Of a DNA stretch of 64,000 bases, positions 37,640 to 48,320 are shown piece after piece. The notes beneath the pieces are model-generated. The model made no database searches. It was not told the DNA's origin and saw nothing but the letters and a program-made list of their open reading frames with translations. Source of the DNA: an uncultured Planctomycetota bacterium (lineage in GTDB: Bacteria; Planctomycetota; Planctomycetia; Pirellulales; Thermoguttaceae). The translations under genes and the position numbers were made by a program. The stretch lies in assembly GCA_900317365.1 (NCBI GenBank), contig ONGM01000143.1, positions 38,891 through 102,890 of the forward strand, read 5' to 3'. How positions within the stretch are numbered: position 1 is the stretch's first letter; every line of letters begins with the position of its first letter.

Positions 37640-39046
37640 ATGAAAAGATTCCTTGTATCGATCGCTTTCCTCGCGATCTTGGCAACGGCGTTTAGTAGCG
37701 TTCACGCAGTTGAATCCGACGCGATCTATTCCGTCGACTTCTCTAAACCTACGGGAAAAATCAAACCCGTCAACGGCGTAAACTTGTGGGCAAAGTTTTC
37801 GCGCGTTACTCTCGAAGATCGTCGTGTGTTTGCCGAAAAATGTCATTTTTCGACGGTAAGACTTCACGACGCGCCTTGGGACAACGAGGGTATGCGTCTC
37901 GTTGACGTTCACCAGATCTTCGGAAATCTCGACGCCGATCCGAATGATCCCGATAATTACTTCTTCGAACCAACCGACGACTACATTGCCGACATTCTCA
38001 ACGGCGGTTCCGTGCCCGTTTATCGTTTGGGAACGAGCATAGAGCATACGGCGAAGAAGTATTTCGCTAAAAAGCCGAGTGACGCTAATCATTACGCCGA
38101 TATCTGCGCCGGTATTGTTCGACACTATACCCAAGGCTGGGCCAACGGTTTCAAATGGGATCTTCCATACTGGGAAATTTGGAACGAACCCAATTTGATT
38201 CCGCAAATGTGGGACGATCCCGATTGGAATTCCTACGTTGAATTTTACGTTACCGTTGCTAAACGTCTTCGTTCCGAATTCCCGACGATCAAAATAGGCG
38301 GTCCGGCTCTCACGTTCGCCGATCTTGACAAAATCCGAATCCTTGCCGAACGTTGCAAAAAGGAAAACGCGCCTCTCGATTTTGTCTCCTGGCACTGCTA
38401 CGCGAAAACTCCGGAACAGCTCCTCGATCCGCCTTACAAGGTGCGCGCTCTCCTTGACGAGTTGGGGTTTGAGAAAACGGAACTTCACCTCAATGAATGG
38501 CACTATTTTCCGACTGAATGGAGCGTCGTTCACGGAGTTAACGGAGGATGGGAAGCGAAACGAGAATTGAGCGTCTCTCCGGAAGGTCTTCACGGCGCGG
38601 AAGCCGCCGCTTTTATCGATCTTGTCTTGACCAGATGGCAAGACGGACCGTTGGACATGGGCAATTACTACGCTTTTGGACTCGACACTTGGGGGGTAAT
38701 TGACATTGTTGGCAAACTTCGCCCCACATATTACGCCTTCCTGATGTTTGGCGAAATCACGTCTCAAACGCCCATCCGCGTCGAAACGACCGATCCCGGA
38801 GACAACGTATCGTTACTCGGGTCCGTCAACGAATCAGGGGACGTCAAAAGACTGCTCGTTTCGTGTTATAAACAGTCGGATCCCCAGACTATTCAAATTA
38901 AACTCGGCGGCGTTCCTACGGAAGGGGAAGCGGAAGTCGCGCGAATCGACTATGACGTTGATTATGAGGTCGAAAAGGTTCAATACAGCGACGGCATTCT
39001 TACTTTGAACCCGCAAAAATCCTCCTCGTTCCTTATTCGTTTTTGA
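37640..39046 (+). CDS. Clan GH-A glycoside hydrolase (GH39-like), secreted
   Basis: Signal peptide, YWEIWNEPN (acid/base region), FVSWHCY and LHLNEWH (nucleophile region). Confidence 0.6.
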   Translation: MKRFLVSIAFLAILATAFSSVHAVESDAIYSVDFSKPTGKIKPVNGVNLWAKFSRVTLEDRRVFAEKCHFSTVRLHDAPWDNEGMRLVDVHQIFGNLDADPNDPDNYFFEPTDDYIADILNGGSVPVYRLGTSIEHTAKKYFAKKPSDANHYADICAGIVRHYTQGWANGFKWDLPYWEIWNEPNLIPQMWDDPDWNSYVEFYVTVAKRLRSEFPTIKIGGPALTFADLDKIRILAERCKKENAPLDFVSWHCYAKTPEQLLDPPYKVRALLDELGFEKTELHLNEWHYFPTEWSVVHGVNGGWEAKRELSVSPEGLHGAEAAAFIDLVLTRWQDGPLDMGNYYAFGLDTWGVIDIVGKLRPTYYAFLMFGEITSQTPIRVETTDPGDNVSLLGSVNESGDVKRLLVSCYKQSDPQTIQIKLGGVPTEGEAEVARIDYDVDYEVEKVQYSDGILTLNPQKSSSFLIRF

Positions 39047-39099
39047 TTCGCTTGATAATCAGTGCGATCATGTGAGCACAAGCCTAACGAGAAACCAAA

Positions 39100-41346
39100 A
39101 TGAAATTCAGACTAGTACGAATATTCCTGACGGGCGCTCTTGCTTTGCTTCTTTCAAGCGCCGTTTTCTCGCAAGAAGGACCTAAGAAAAGCGATGGCTC
39201 GACTTCGCTAGATCAGGAAAAGTCAAGCGACGTCGCTCCTATTTTCAATTTTGCCAAGGGGTTTTCGAATATGCTCGGAGCCCCTAAGACAACCGCCGCA
39301 ACGCCAAACGAAGAAAGAAAAGCCGTTCGAACGTCCGGAAAGTTGATGATTCCGCAAGGCGTCGACGCATACGCAAAATTTACTTCTTTAAGCAAATTGG
39401 ATGAAGAAATCGGCGTCTTCTTTGAACAGACCGGCGGGGATGCGTTCAGCGTTTTGAGCGCTTTAAAATTAACGGATTATCGTCAGGCGATCGCCTTGGT
39501 CGATCTCAACGCGCCTGTTGCGGTTCTCGTCTTTTTCAATTCGACGACCCCGCAAATCGCCGTTGAAATTCCCGTTGCCGAAGGAAATCTCAAGCCCTTT
39601 GTCGATAGACTCGTTAAGGCTTCAAAAGGAAAGATAGGCACAGTTTCCAAGGATCAAAAGACTATAGACTTTACCCTCGGACTCCCCAACGCGCCTTCCC
39701 TGCGCGCTCGCCAGATCAACTCTGGCTATGCCCTGCTAACGAACGGAAACGACGAACCGGTCGCCGAGCTCTTTGCTTCTGACGCAAATCAGCTTCCGGA
39801 ACCGCCCAACGCGTTTCGGGAATCCGTCGTTCGCCTCGTCGTTACGCCTCAAGGTGTGCGGCGAATTGCGGAGCCTAGTCGCCCTCTCTGGCGTGAACTG
39901 GCGCCTCTCTTTGACAATTTAAAATCGTCGGCGCCAACGTTGGCAGACGTTCAAATTGACGACGTTCGTCAGTATATTGCCGACAACATTCTCAGCGTCG
40001 AATGGGAACTTGCTTTAGACGACTACGGATGCTATCCCGCGTTGACTGTTCGACCAACGCCTAATTCGCCCAACGCCAAACGTCTGGCTTTTTATCGAAG
40101 TCTGACGCCTATTAACTTTGAGGCGGATCGCTTCTTTGGCGTGTTGCCTGACGTCGAGTCGGCGCTCGGCGGACAGATCGAACTTCCGAAAGAACTCGCG
40201 AAAACCTTGCCTGAGCCTTTTAACCGAATTCAGTTCGTCGAATACAATTTTGGCTTGCCTGCCGACGGCGAGTACGCGGCAGAATCCTGGCTTTTCTACC
40301 TAGAAGTTGACGACGCGGAAGAATTTGCTCGTGAAATGATTGTTCCACGAGCAAGAGAGATCGGTCGTTACGTTGGTTCCAAACAAGCGGAAAACGCCGC
40401 CTCTCAAATCTTTGGCAACGTTGCGGAACGCGCTCGCGAACGCCAGCTCAATCGTCGCCGACCTCCAAGACGAATTGCCGATCCTGAACGCGCGTCCGCA
40501 ACCGGCGCAGCCCTTGGTTCCCTTATCGGCGGAATGATCGGAGAATCTTCCGGCGAAGAATCCGCTATGAAGGAATTTCGTATCAACGGATTCAAGACTT
40601 ACGTATCTGACATCGAGACCTTTACGCGCCAAAGCGCTCTCATGAAGGCTGAAAAAGAAGGAACCTACGTTTCCGAAAGAAAGTCTCTCTTTTCGGACGG
40701 TAGTCTTTCGATAGTCGACGCGGCCATTTCGGTTATTAACGGGGGCGATCAATTGCAACGCGCGCTTCTGCAACAAGCGAATAACGAAGCTCTAAACGTT
40801 GACGATTCGCCGCTAATTGCGTCAAAAGGTTACCTAGTTATCCTCGACAAGAACACCATTCTCTACTCCATGGGCAATCAACAATTGCTCAGGCTCGGGA
40901 TTAACAACTATCAGGCCTCGCGAAGACCAAACGTGCGGTATCAAACGCTCGTTAATGAAACGGATTCTATTCAATCGTTGAACAAGCTCGCGTCTAACGT
41001 CGCCGATTTTTCTAAAGTCAACGTTGTCGGAACAACAAGATTTGATCTCGCAAACGCGCAAGCTTACTATCGCTGGTTGCGGGAGTATTACGTTCCGAAC
41101 GCTCCCACCATCTCCGGGGCTTCGTTGCCATCCGACACGCCTAAACCCGTACTGCTCTCGAGCGTCGACGCCGGCGCGCAAGTTCAGCGCATGGCCATTC
41201 CATATAAGCTCGTTTCCAATATAACCGCCACTTACGCAGACGGCGCGAATCCACTTGAGTTAGTCTTAAAACTCACACAAAAGAAAGATCAAGAATCGAA
41301 CGACGCGCCTGACGGTGAAGTTGAATTTGGTTTCGACGAAGAATAG
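39100..41346 (+). CDS. Secreted hypothetical protein (748 aa), no recognised domain
   Basis: Signal peptide LTGALALLLSSAVFSQE. It is a long uninterrupted ORF co-directional with its neighbours, with an acidic C-terminal tail ..ANPLELVLKL..GEVEFGFDEE. Confidence 0.6.
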   Translation: MKFRLVRIFLTGALALLLSSAVFSQEGPKKSDGSTSLDQEKSSDVAPIFNFAKGFSNMLGAPKTTAATPNEERKAVRTSGKLMIPQGVDAYAKFTSLSKLDEEIGVFFEQTGGDAFSVLSALKLTDYRQAIALVDLNAPVAVLVFFNSTTPQIAVEIPVAEGNLKPFVDRLVKASKGKIGTVSKDQKTIDFTLGLPNAPSLRARQINSGYALLTNGNDEPVAELFASDANQLPEPPNAFRESVVRLVVTPQGVRRIAEPSRPLWRELAPLFDNLKSSAPTLADVQIDDVRQYIADNILSVEWELALDDYGCYPALTVRPTPNSPNAKRLAFYRSLTPINFEADRFFGVLPDVESALGGQIELPKELAKTLPEPFNRIQFVEYNFGLPADGEYAAESWLFYLEVDDAEEFAREMIVPRAREIGRYVGSKQAENAASQIFGNVAERARERQLNRRRPPRRIADPERASATGAALGSLIGGMIGESSGEESAMKEFRINGFKTYVSDIETFTRQSALMKAEKEGTYVSERKSLFSDGSLSIVDAAISVINGGDQLQRALLQQANNEALNVDDSPLIASKGYLVILDKNTILYSMGNQQLLRLGINNYQASRRPNVRYQTLVNETDSIQSLNKLASNVADFSKVNVVGTTRFDLANAQAYYRWLREYYVPNAPTISGASLPSDTPKPVLLSSVDAGAQVQRMAIPYKLVSNITATYADGANPLELVLKLTQKKDQESNDAPDGEVEFGFDEE

Positions 41347-41378
41347 TCCGAGATCCAACGTTGCGTAGTGAGTTTACA

Positions 41379-43970
41379 ATGACACTAAAAGGAATCATGA
41401 AAACGATAGCGACGGCGTTCGCTGTCTGTTGCGCCTTATCCGTTGCTGATTATAAAGGCGCATTAGCGGCAGAAGAAAACGTTTCGACTGTTTTCTCGTG
41501 GGATTTCAACGATCAACAACAGGTGGATCAATGGGGACGAAACTGCTTTCAAGACGTCGTTTGCGACGCCGACGCGGTGAAAGCGCGCCCTACCTCTTGG
41601 GATCCCTTTCTCGTGAGTCCGCATTTCGCGTTAAAACCGAAAGTCGGACAATATGTTGAAATTCGCATGAAGTCTCGATACTCCGGAAAAGGCGAGCTAT
41701 TTTACGCTTCGTCTGACGAAGGAAAGTACAACGGGTTTAGCCAAGATAAATCGGTCTCTTGGTCGATCAACAGCGACGGGGAGTTTCACACTTATCAAAT
41801 TATGCCGTCTTGGCTCAACGAGCCTCAAATCATTAAAATCCGCGTTGATCTTGGCGCTCCGTTAGCCGATGAGATCGGGAAAAATGGAACTATTGACGTC
41901 GATTATATTCGTATTGTCGACTTCAATCTCGATCAGGCGCAAGAAACGCAAACCGCCGACTGGCAAGCGGAAGATCTCAGGGAGTTTTTAAGCAGTTCAA
42001 ACTTCGACGGCAATCTTTGGATCAGTCCCATTCGGAAGATTGACCCGCAAAAAGTCGGCGGAAATCTCTATCTCGAGTGGAGCGTCGATTCGACGTCGGA
42101 GGATTTGCCCCTACCGATCGCATCGTTGCGTTGCGTTTCCGACGACTCAAACGGCTCCGTTAGTTTGGAGATTCCGTTATTCAATCTTTCAACCCCTGAG
42201 GGCGGGGTCTATTCCAAGAACATCGATCTTTCCGCTTTGAGCAATTGGGGCGGCATGATCTATCGGTGGGAAATCTCAACGCCAGGCGCCGTTTCGCTCA
42301 AACGCGTCGCCCTTTCCAAAACGCCTTTAGGCGTAGGCGCAATCGAGTACCTTGACGGTTATCAAACGTATCCTCAACGTTTCCACAACGGGAAGGCGAC
42401 CATAGAGCTTGAAACGACGATACGTAACTCAGGCGGAGAAGATCTCAACGATTTCGAAGTTGTGCGACTATCGTCAAGCAAAAGCCTGACGACTAAATTT
42501 TGCGCGACGCAGAAGATCGACGTTGATCCCTTTTTAGGAACGAATCCGACAGGCGACAGACTGACGACGCAGTCTCGCCCAACCACGTCGAACACAGAGA
42601 CGACGGAATACCTATTTAACGCTCAAGGCGTTGCTCGGCGCGCCGAAACAGACGTTTTGAGTCCAGGCGAAGGCATGCGCGTCCGTATCGTTTGCGAAGT
42701 GCAAGACGTTGATTTGAAATCCGTCCGATTCCAAATCAACGCAAGGTCGACCGAGAGCAATGAAACGGTTCAGACCTCGCCGATCGAAGTTCCGTGCGTC
42801 CTTTTACCGGAGGGAACGTTGCCGCAAAACGTCAAATACGCTCCTGAACCGACGCCTGTTCATAGCGCCTATGAAATTGGCGCTTACTATTTTCCCGGCT
42901 GGTCAAAGCGCGCAGGATGGGACAAAATTGAAGACGCGGCGCCAATTCGAAAACCTCTGTTGGGTTACTACGACGAAAGCTCTCCTGAAGTTGTCGATTG
43001 GCAAATTAAATGGGCTTCGGAAAACGGTATTCAATTCTTTCTCGTCGACTGGTATTGGCGACATGGTCAAATCCATTTAGACCACTGGATCAACGCGTTT
43101 CAACACGCGCGTTATCGTTCCTATCTCAAATGGGCGGTTATGTGGGCCAATCATACAGGTTCCGGCACGCATTCGTCGGAAGATTGGGAAGCCGTTACAA
43201 GGTACTGGATTGACCATTATTTCAAGACGCCTGAGTACTATACGATCGACGGCAAGCCGGTTGTCGTCATTTGGGATCAGTCGATCGTCGACAACGATAT
43301 GATCGCTGAAGCCGCAAAGCGCGGCGAAACCCTAAAAAGAGGGGAAGGTTGCGCTCGAGCGTTCGAGATTTCGCGGAATATCTGTCGCGAAGCGGGACTA
43401 CCCGGCGTCTACTTCATCGCGATCAAGTGGCCTGAACACGCAACCGACGAAGGTACGATCGCTAATCTGAAAAACGGTTCTTTTGACGCCACGACAATTT
43501 ATCACTTCATGTATCCCGGCGACGAGGCTAAGAATAAAAAACTCTATTCTTTCCGCCAGATTGTCGAGGCTTCAAAACCTAACTGGGAAGCTCGTGCAAA
43601 GACCGGGATCCTGCCGTTCATGCCGAACATTTCAACAGGCTGGGATTCTCGACCCTGGCATGGTTATCGCCAAATCGTCGCGTATGATCGTTCTGTTGAG
43701 GAGTTCCGCCGACTGCTCGAGGAATACAAAGAGTTTGCAGATGAAACCGGCGTGAAACGCGTGGTTCTCGGACCCGTGAACGAATGGGGAGAAGGTTCTT
43801 ACATCGAACCGAACGCCGAATTTGGTTTCGGTATGTACGAGGCAATTCGCGACGTCTTATGCGATAAACCTAAAAACGGTTTCCCGATGAATTACACTCC
43901 TCATGAAGTCGGACTTGGTCCATACGATCTTCCTAAAGATCAAATTTTAAAACCGGAAGACCATTTCTAG
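41379..43970 (+). CDS. Secreted protein with C-terminal WbsX-like (GH99-like fold) domain
   Basis: The C-terminal ~370 aa (YEIGAYYFPGWSKRAGWD..PLLGYYDESSPEVVDWQIKWASENGIQFFLVDWYW) match my memory of the Glyco_tran_WbsX family. The N-terminal ~480 aa are unknown. The start is uncertain (41361 TTG, 41379 ATG or 41397 ATG). Confidence 0.6.
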   Translation: MTLKGIMKTIATAFAVCCALSVADYKGALAAEENVSTVFSWDFNDQQQVDQWGRNCFQDVVCDADAVKARPTSWDPFLVSPHFALKPKVGQYVEIRMKSRYSGKGELFYASSDEGKYNGFSQDKSVSWSINSDGEFHTYQIMPSWLNEPQIIKIRVDLGAPLADEIGKNGTIDVDYIRIVDFNLDQAQETQTADWQAEDLREFLSSSNFDGNLWISPIRKIDPQKVGGNLYLEWSVDSTSEDLPLPIASLRCVSDDSNGSVSLEIPLFNLSTPEGGVYSKNIDLSALSNWGGMIYRWEISTPGAVSLKRVALSKTPLGVGAIEYLDGYQTYPQRFHNGKATIELETTIRNSGGEDLNDFEVVRLSSSKSLTTKFCATQKIDVDPFLGTNPTGDRLTTQSRPTTSNTETTEYLFNAQGVARRAETDVLSPGEGMRVRIVCEVQDVDLKSVRFQINARSTESNETVQTSPIEVPCVLLPEGTLPQNVKYAPEPTPVHSAYEIGAYYFPGWSKRAGWDKIEDAAPIRKPLLGYYDESSPEVVDWQIKWASENGIQFFLVDWYWRHGQIHLDHWINAFQHARYRSYLKWAVMWANHTGSGTHSSEDWEAVTRYWIDHYFKTPEYYTIDGKPVVVIWDQSIVDNDMIAEAAKRGETLKRGEGCARAFEISRNICREAGLPGVYFIAIKWPEHATDEGTIANLKNGSFDATTIYHFMYPGDEAKNKKLYSFRQIVEASKPNWEARAKTGILPFMPNISTGWDSRPWHGYRQIVAYDRSVEEFRRLLEEYKEFADETGVKRVVLGPVNEWGEGSYIEPNAEFGFGMYEAIRDVLCDKPKNGFPMNYTPHEVGLGPYDLPKDQILKPEDHF

Positions 43971-44055
43971 GAAGCAACGAAGGCGGTTTTCTGCCGCCTT
44001 CACGACCTCCATTACTGCATTCCAAACCGATCGACAACTTTCAAATCAAGAGATC

Positions 44056-46029
44056 ATGTTAATTTTTCAACGCGTCATAACGACGGCGAGTTTCCTCCTG
44101 TGCGGCGTATTATCGTCGTTCCTTTATCTTCCTACTTGCTTGGCAGGGGAGCGCGATTCATCGCCTTTTTACGTCTTTGATATTAGGTCGCTCCGCGAAG
44201 TTGATCGTTCCAATCTCGACGACGTTCGACGCGTTTGGGATGAAACATTGCTGATTTCAGCGCTTCAAGGTCTTGCCAATCGCGACGAGGCCGCGTTGTA
44301 CCTATTCTATGTCAACGGCTTTGGGCATGAGACCGATGAGTTTTGGCTCGAACGCTTTTCTCAGCCGATCCCCAATTCTAATCCTATCCGAAAAGGGTGG
44401 TTGCAGGATCGCGAGCGACGCCAAATCGCCAATTTAAACGACGCGCTCGAAGTTTTTCACGACAAATACGACGGCGTCGTGCTCTATGACGAAAAAGTCC
44501 CGGCAACCGTCAACGTTGCGCTTACGATCTGCGGCGTCGAGAATCTTCTTCCATTGCGATACGACGAAGCCCCGGAGTCGTTGTACAATAGGCTTGTCGT
44601 TTCTGAAAACGGTTTGAAACTTCCCGTCAAAGCCCGCCTGATCAATGAAGACGGTTCGTCTCTTTTTACAGGCGAAGGGAATATTCCAGGGACCAACCAA
44701 CCGTCCTCCGGTTCGGCAAAGACTGACGCCTACCTTTGGATGATTGAGAATTACATTAACGCTCGGCGCGTCAACGCTGCGGAAGGCGGATATTACATCG
44801 ACGCGTTCTGGATTTCTCATCCGAACGGCGCGGTGCAGAATCATTGCCTAACGAATCGAGACTTTGTCGTTGCCAATCGCGGTTTTTTCTTCGATCTATC
44901 GCCTTGGGAGGACGAAGCGCCTAACGACGATCCAACCCAACCGTTAGGCGCCGACTTCAAAACCTTCAACGCCGTTATGAAAGCTGCGTATGACGCGACT
45001 GGCGGAAAAAAGATCATTCGTGTCGCCGGTTTTACGCCGTGGGATACGAAATACACCGACCACGGTAACTGCGGAGGAAAACACGGCGGGGTGGACACTG
45101 AATGGCGACACGCAGAAATTCTTTCAAGCTACAACGGATATCTCGACGCGGACGCGCTCGGAGTAGGCGCAATGGCAAACGCTTCCTTCTATCGGCATTT
45201 TCCGCTCGACGATTTTTACCCTCAAAAGAAACCGACCAAAGAAGATCTCCGAAAACGCGGATTAGTCGATTCAAACGATCGTCCGATCGACAAAACGTTC
45301 GTGGCGATTTACGTCGGGGATTACGATTCCGCAGCGTGGGTTTATCAATCTGCGCCTGCTTTTTGGCACGACGATGCGCGGGGAACCGTTCCGATCAGTT
45401 GGGCGTTCAATCCCAACCTTGCCGACCGCTTTGCGCCTGGATTCGATTATTTTCGACGAACCAAGAGCGATCTCGATTTCTTTATTTCCGGAGACTCCGG
45501 CGCCGGATACGTGAATCCTACGTGTTTTGAGGAACCGAGACTTTCCGGGCTTCCCGACGGTCTCGACGTTTGGATTGAGCATTGCAAAAAATACTTTAAA
45601 CGATGGGATATTTCGGGCGTTGGTTTCCTCATCGACGGTTCCGCGCGAACGAGTGATCGAAATACGCTCGCAAGACTCTCGGAATATGCTCCAAGCGGAA
45701 TCACCACGCATCGCGGTTCAACGATGGGCGTCGTCTCCAACCCATACGGAAGCAAGACGCCTTACCGACCGATGAACTTCGATCTCGCAAATCCTGAACA
45801 GGGGAAAAATATTATTCTCGGCGACGTTCGTCATAATCTCGGTCCTCAATTCAATATGTACAGAACGATATTATGGTCCCCTACCCAATTAAAAAGCCTT
45901 TACGAAATGGTAAAAGCCGACCCTGATCGAGGCGACAGAGTAGAATTCGTCGATGCGTATACGTTTTGGACGCTCTTGAAGCTCGAAGCAAGCGCAGTCG
46001 GGAAAGAGGAACTTGAAATTCGATTGTAG
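44056..46029 (+). CDS. GxGYxYP-family putative glycoside hydrolase
   Basis: 657 aa with a signal-like N-terminus. It contains the family-name motif in FISGDSGAGYVNPT. Confidence 0.6.
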   Translation: MLIFQRVITTASFLLCGVLSSFLYLPTCLAGERDSSPFYVFDIRSLREVDRSNLDDVRRVWDETLLISALQGLANRDEAALYLFYVNGFGHETDEFWLERFSQPIPNSNPIRKGWLQDRERRQIANLNDALEVFHDKYDGVVLYDEKVPATVNVALTICGVENLLPLRYDEAPESLYNRLVVSENGLKLPVKARLINEDGSSLFTGEGNIPGTNQPSSGSAKTDAYLWMIENYINARRVNAAEGGYYIDAFWISHPNGAVQNHCLTNRDFVVANRGFFFDLSPWEDEAPNDDPTQPLGADFKTFNAVMKAAYDATGGKKIIRVAGFTPWDTKYTDHGNCGGKHGGVDTEWRHAEILSSYNGYLDADALGVGAMANASFYRHFPLDDFYPQKKPTKEDLRKRGLVDSNDRPIDKTFVAIYVGDYDSAAWVYQSAPAFWHDDARGTVPISWAFNPNLADRFAPGFDYFRRTKSDLDFFISGDSGAGYVNPTCFEEPRLSGLPDGLDVWIEHCKKYFKRWDISGVGFLIDGSARTSDRNTLARLSEYAPSGITTHRGSTMGVVSNPYGSKTPYRPMNFDLANPEQGKNIILGDVRHNLGPQFNMYRTILWSPTQLKSLYEMVKADPDRGDRVEFVDAYTFWTLLKLEASAVGKEELEIRL

Positions 46030-46356
46030 TGGGAAAGACGTCCGATTTTATCAATCAACCCCTGGACAAATTGGAATCCGCTTATACAATACCGACGTGG
46101 TTTTTTCGACGGAGAGAAAATTTCGTCGATTTACCGCGTGAATAAGCACATCGTTCCCGTTGGGTTCGACGGGATCAGTTTTAAAGTCGCGATCGAATAA
46201 TCGCGCTTTATCAAACGACGAGGTCCTTTTCAAAATTCGTCATTACGCGTTAAGCGCAGGGCCTTCTCAAAGGTCGGCGCGTCGTGAGTCGATATCGGCG
46301 TGTGGCTCGATTTTGAATTTGGAACGTCTTTTCATTTGACTAGTGAGGAATAAAGA

Positions 46357-46554
46357 ATGGTCAAGCTAACGTTGCGTGATAAAGAAACTATCCAAGACGC
46401 GGTGCATCGTTTCCGCAAACTCGTAGAACGTTCCGGCATCAAAAAGGAGATGCGTCGTCGCGAGCGCTATGAGAAACCGAGTGAAACCAAACGTCGCGCC
46501 AGACTTCGCGCCGAACGCCGAGCTTTCCGCGCTTCTAAAATGGCCGCTCGCTAG
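46357..46554 (+). CDS. rpsU: 30S ribosomal protein S21
   Basis: [49 protein letters not shown]. The RBS is GAGGAA. Confidence 0.9.
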   Translation: MVKLTLRDKETIQDAVHRFRKLVERSGIKKEMRRRERYEKPSETKRRARLRAERRAFRASKMAAR

Positions 46555-46610
46555 TCTTCCTTAAAGGAGATCCGTTGATCGCTCACGTTAGTGAGATGAT
46601 TGCGATATAG

Positions 46611-46644
46611 AAACCGCGTTCGACAAGGGCGCGGTTTTTGTTTT
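46611..46644 (+). terminator. Intrinsic terminator of rpsU
   Basis: AAACCGCG-11 nt-CGCGGTTT followed by TTGTTTT. Confidence 0.7.
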
Positions 46645-46787
46645 AACCCCTCGTGTCGACAGTTCTCTTTAGCTTTTCGTTCGACAAAAAACGCTCTTGT
46701 CTCAAGAAGGATATTTGATTAACATTCCCTCCGATTGCCGAAAGTATCGGCAATTTGAAAGTGAATTGAGCGGAACAATTCGTTTCG

Positions 46788-47702
46788 ATGTCGCAACGTA
46801 TGGTCGCACGGATGCTAAAAATGGATTTGCAAACTCGTCTGTCGTCGAGAACTCAAATCGGTAAACGATTGGGAAGAATCGAACTTCTTATGTTCATGAC
46901 GTTTCTCTCATCGTTCGCGATCGGTTGCGCGACCCCGTTCTTTTTTACCGACAACAAGGTTCTTCTTTATTTGCCCGGCACAGGACGGCGAAGCGACGAA
47001 ATTCCCGGAGTTTTGCGACCGTGGGAACGGGTTCAACTCATCGAAGAAAAGGGAAAAAAAGGCGCTAAGGCGTCCGTTGAAGAAAAAGACGTGCTATTGG
47101 CGCAATTGTCCGACGAGTACGACAAAACGGATAGTCCCAATATTAAACGTTCCGTAATCGACGCGATGGCGCGCATTTCCAAAAACTACGCCAACCCCGC
47201 CGCAGAAATTTATTTTCAAAAGGCTCTTGACTCTGAAGTCCTTGAGCTCAACTTATCGGCGTGCAACGCATGGAGCGCATACTGTTCCGAAATTGCCGAC
47301 AACCATGCCAAGGAACGCGGTATGGCAATCGAAGTTTTAGCGTTTCGCTATCGAAGTCTTCCATATTCTATTGAACCTGGCTCTGAAGAAGAGAACTCCA
47401 AGCGAAAAGACGTGAGAATTGCCATTTTGCGCGCGTTGAGCTCATTCAAACCGGAAGATTCCGACACGCTACTGGAAATTCTGGAATTCGGACTGAACGG
47501 TGAAAAGCTCGACGACGGAGCGCTCATGGTCCAAGCCGCCAAGACTCTGCACGAGGTTACAGGAAAAGATTACGGAACGGACGGTGAAGCATGGCTCAAT
47601 TACCTGGCGTATCGTCGCGGCGATTCACCGACCGAACCACAAGAAAAGAATTTTATGTCGAGGCTACCGCAAATTTCAAACGAAACCGGCATTTTTAAAT
47701 GA
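46788..47702 (+). CDS. Putative lipoprotein with HEAT-like repeats
   Basis: Lipobox-like FAIGC after a hydrophobic stretch. Helical repeats (NIKRSVIDAMARI, DVRIAILRALSSF, LMVQAAKTLHEVTGKDYG..W) are present. The exact start is uncertain because there are several in-frame ATGs. Confidence 0.5.
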   Translation: MSQRMVARMLKMDLQTRLSSRTQIGKRLGRIELLMFMTFLSSFAIGCATPFFFTDNKVLLYLPGTGRRSDEIPGVLRPWERVQLIEEKGKKGAKASVEEKDVLLAQLSDEYDKTDSPNIKRSVIDAMARISKNYANPAAEIYFQKALDSEVLELNLSACNAWSAYCSEIADNHAKERGMAIEVLAFRYRSLPYSIEPGSEEENSKRKDVRIAILRALSSFKPEDSDTLLEILEFGLNGEKLDDGALMVQAAKTLHEVTGKDYGTDGEAWLNYLAYRRGDSPTEPQEKNFMSRLPQISNETGIFK

Positions 47703-47757
47703 AATGATTTGCTACGTCTCCCTGAATTAAAAGATAAAGTCAAAAGCAAGGTGTAGA

Positions 47758-48309
47758 ATGACGCGCCTAACCGCTCAGAACGCAACGGCTCTCATCGTCG
47801 ATCTTCAGGAAAAAATTGTGCCGGCAATGTCAGATTCAGAGGCGCTTCTGACAAGATCGAAGTTTTTCCTTGGCGGTTTGCGCGCCTTTGACGTTCCAAG
47901 CGTTTCCACAAGGCAGTATCCTAAAGGACTTGGCGATACGATAATCGAAATTAAAAGCTTATTTGGCGACGTCAAGGTGTTCGACAAAACGTCTTTCAGT
48001 TGCCTCGACGCTCCGGAAATTCGGAACTACTTCGTACGCGATTCGCGACCGAACGTGTTGCTCGCTGGTATAGAAACTCATATTTGCGTGCTACAAACGG
48101 CTCTTGACCTGGTAGAGTTAGGGAAAAAAGTCTACCTTGTTCGCGACTGTGTTTCTTCTCGTTCACCACTCGATACGGAAACCGCGCTACTAAGACTGTG
48201 GAACGTCGGCGTTGTTCCAACAACGTCAGAAGCCGCGCTATTCGAGATTGCGCGCGTTGCCGGAACGCCTCAATTTAAAATTCTCAGCAAGCTTGCGACT
48301 GGTCGTTAG
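47758..48309 (+). CDS. Isochorismatase-family hydrolase
   Basis: ALIVDLQEK..., KTSFSC and LLAGIETHICVLQTALDL, the last containing the catalytic Cys region. Confidence 0.8.
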   Translation: MTRLTAQNATALIVDLQEKIVPAMSDSEALLTRSKFFLGGLRAFDVPSVSTRQYPKGLGDTIIEIKSLFGDVKVFDKTSFSCLDAPEIRNYFVRDSRPNVLLAGIETHICVLQTALDLVELGKKVYLVRDCVSSRSPLDTETALLRLWNVGVVPTTSEAALFEIARVAGTPQFKILSKLATGR

Positions 48310-48320
48310 CGTTCGATCGA

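Noticed and set aside
37565-38767. 400-aa minus-strand ORF
   Set aside because: It lies fully antisense to the GH39-like gene, which has a signal peptide, an RBS and catalytic motifs. The antisense product has no recognisable features.
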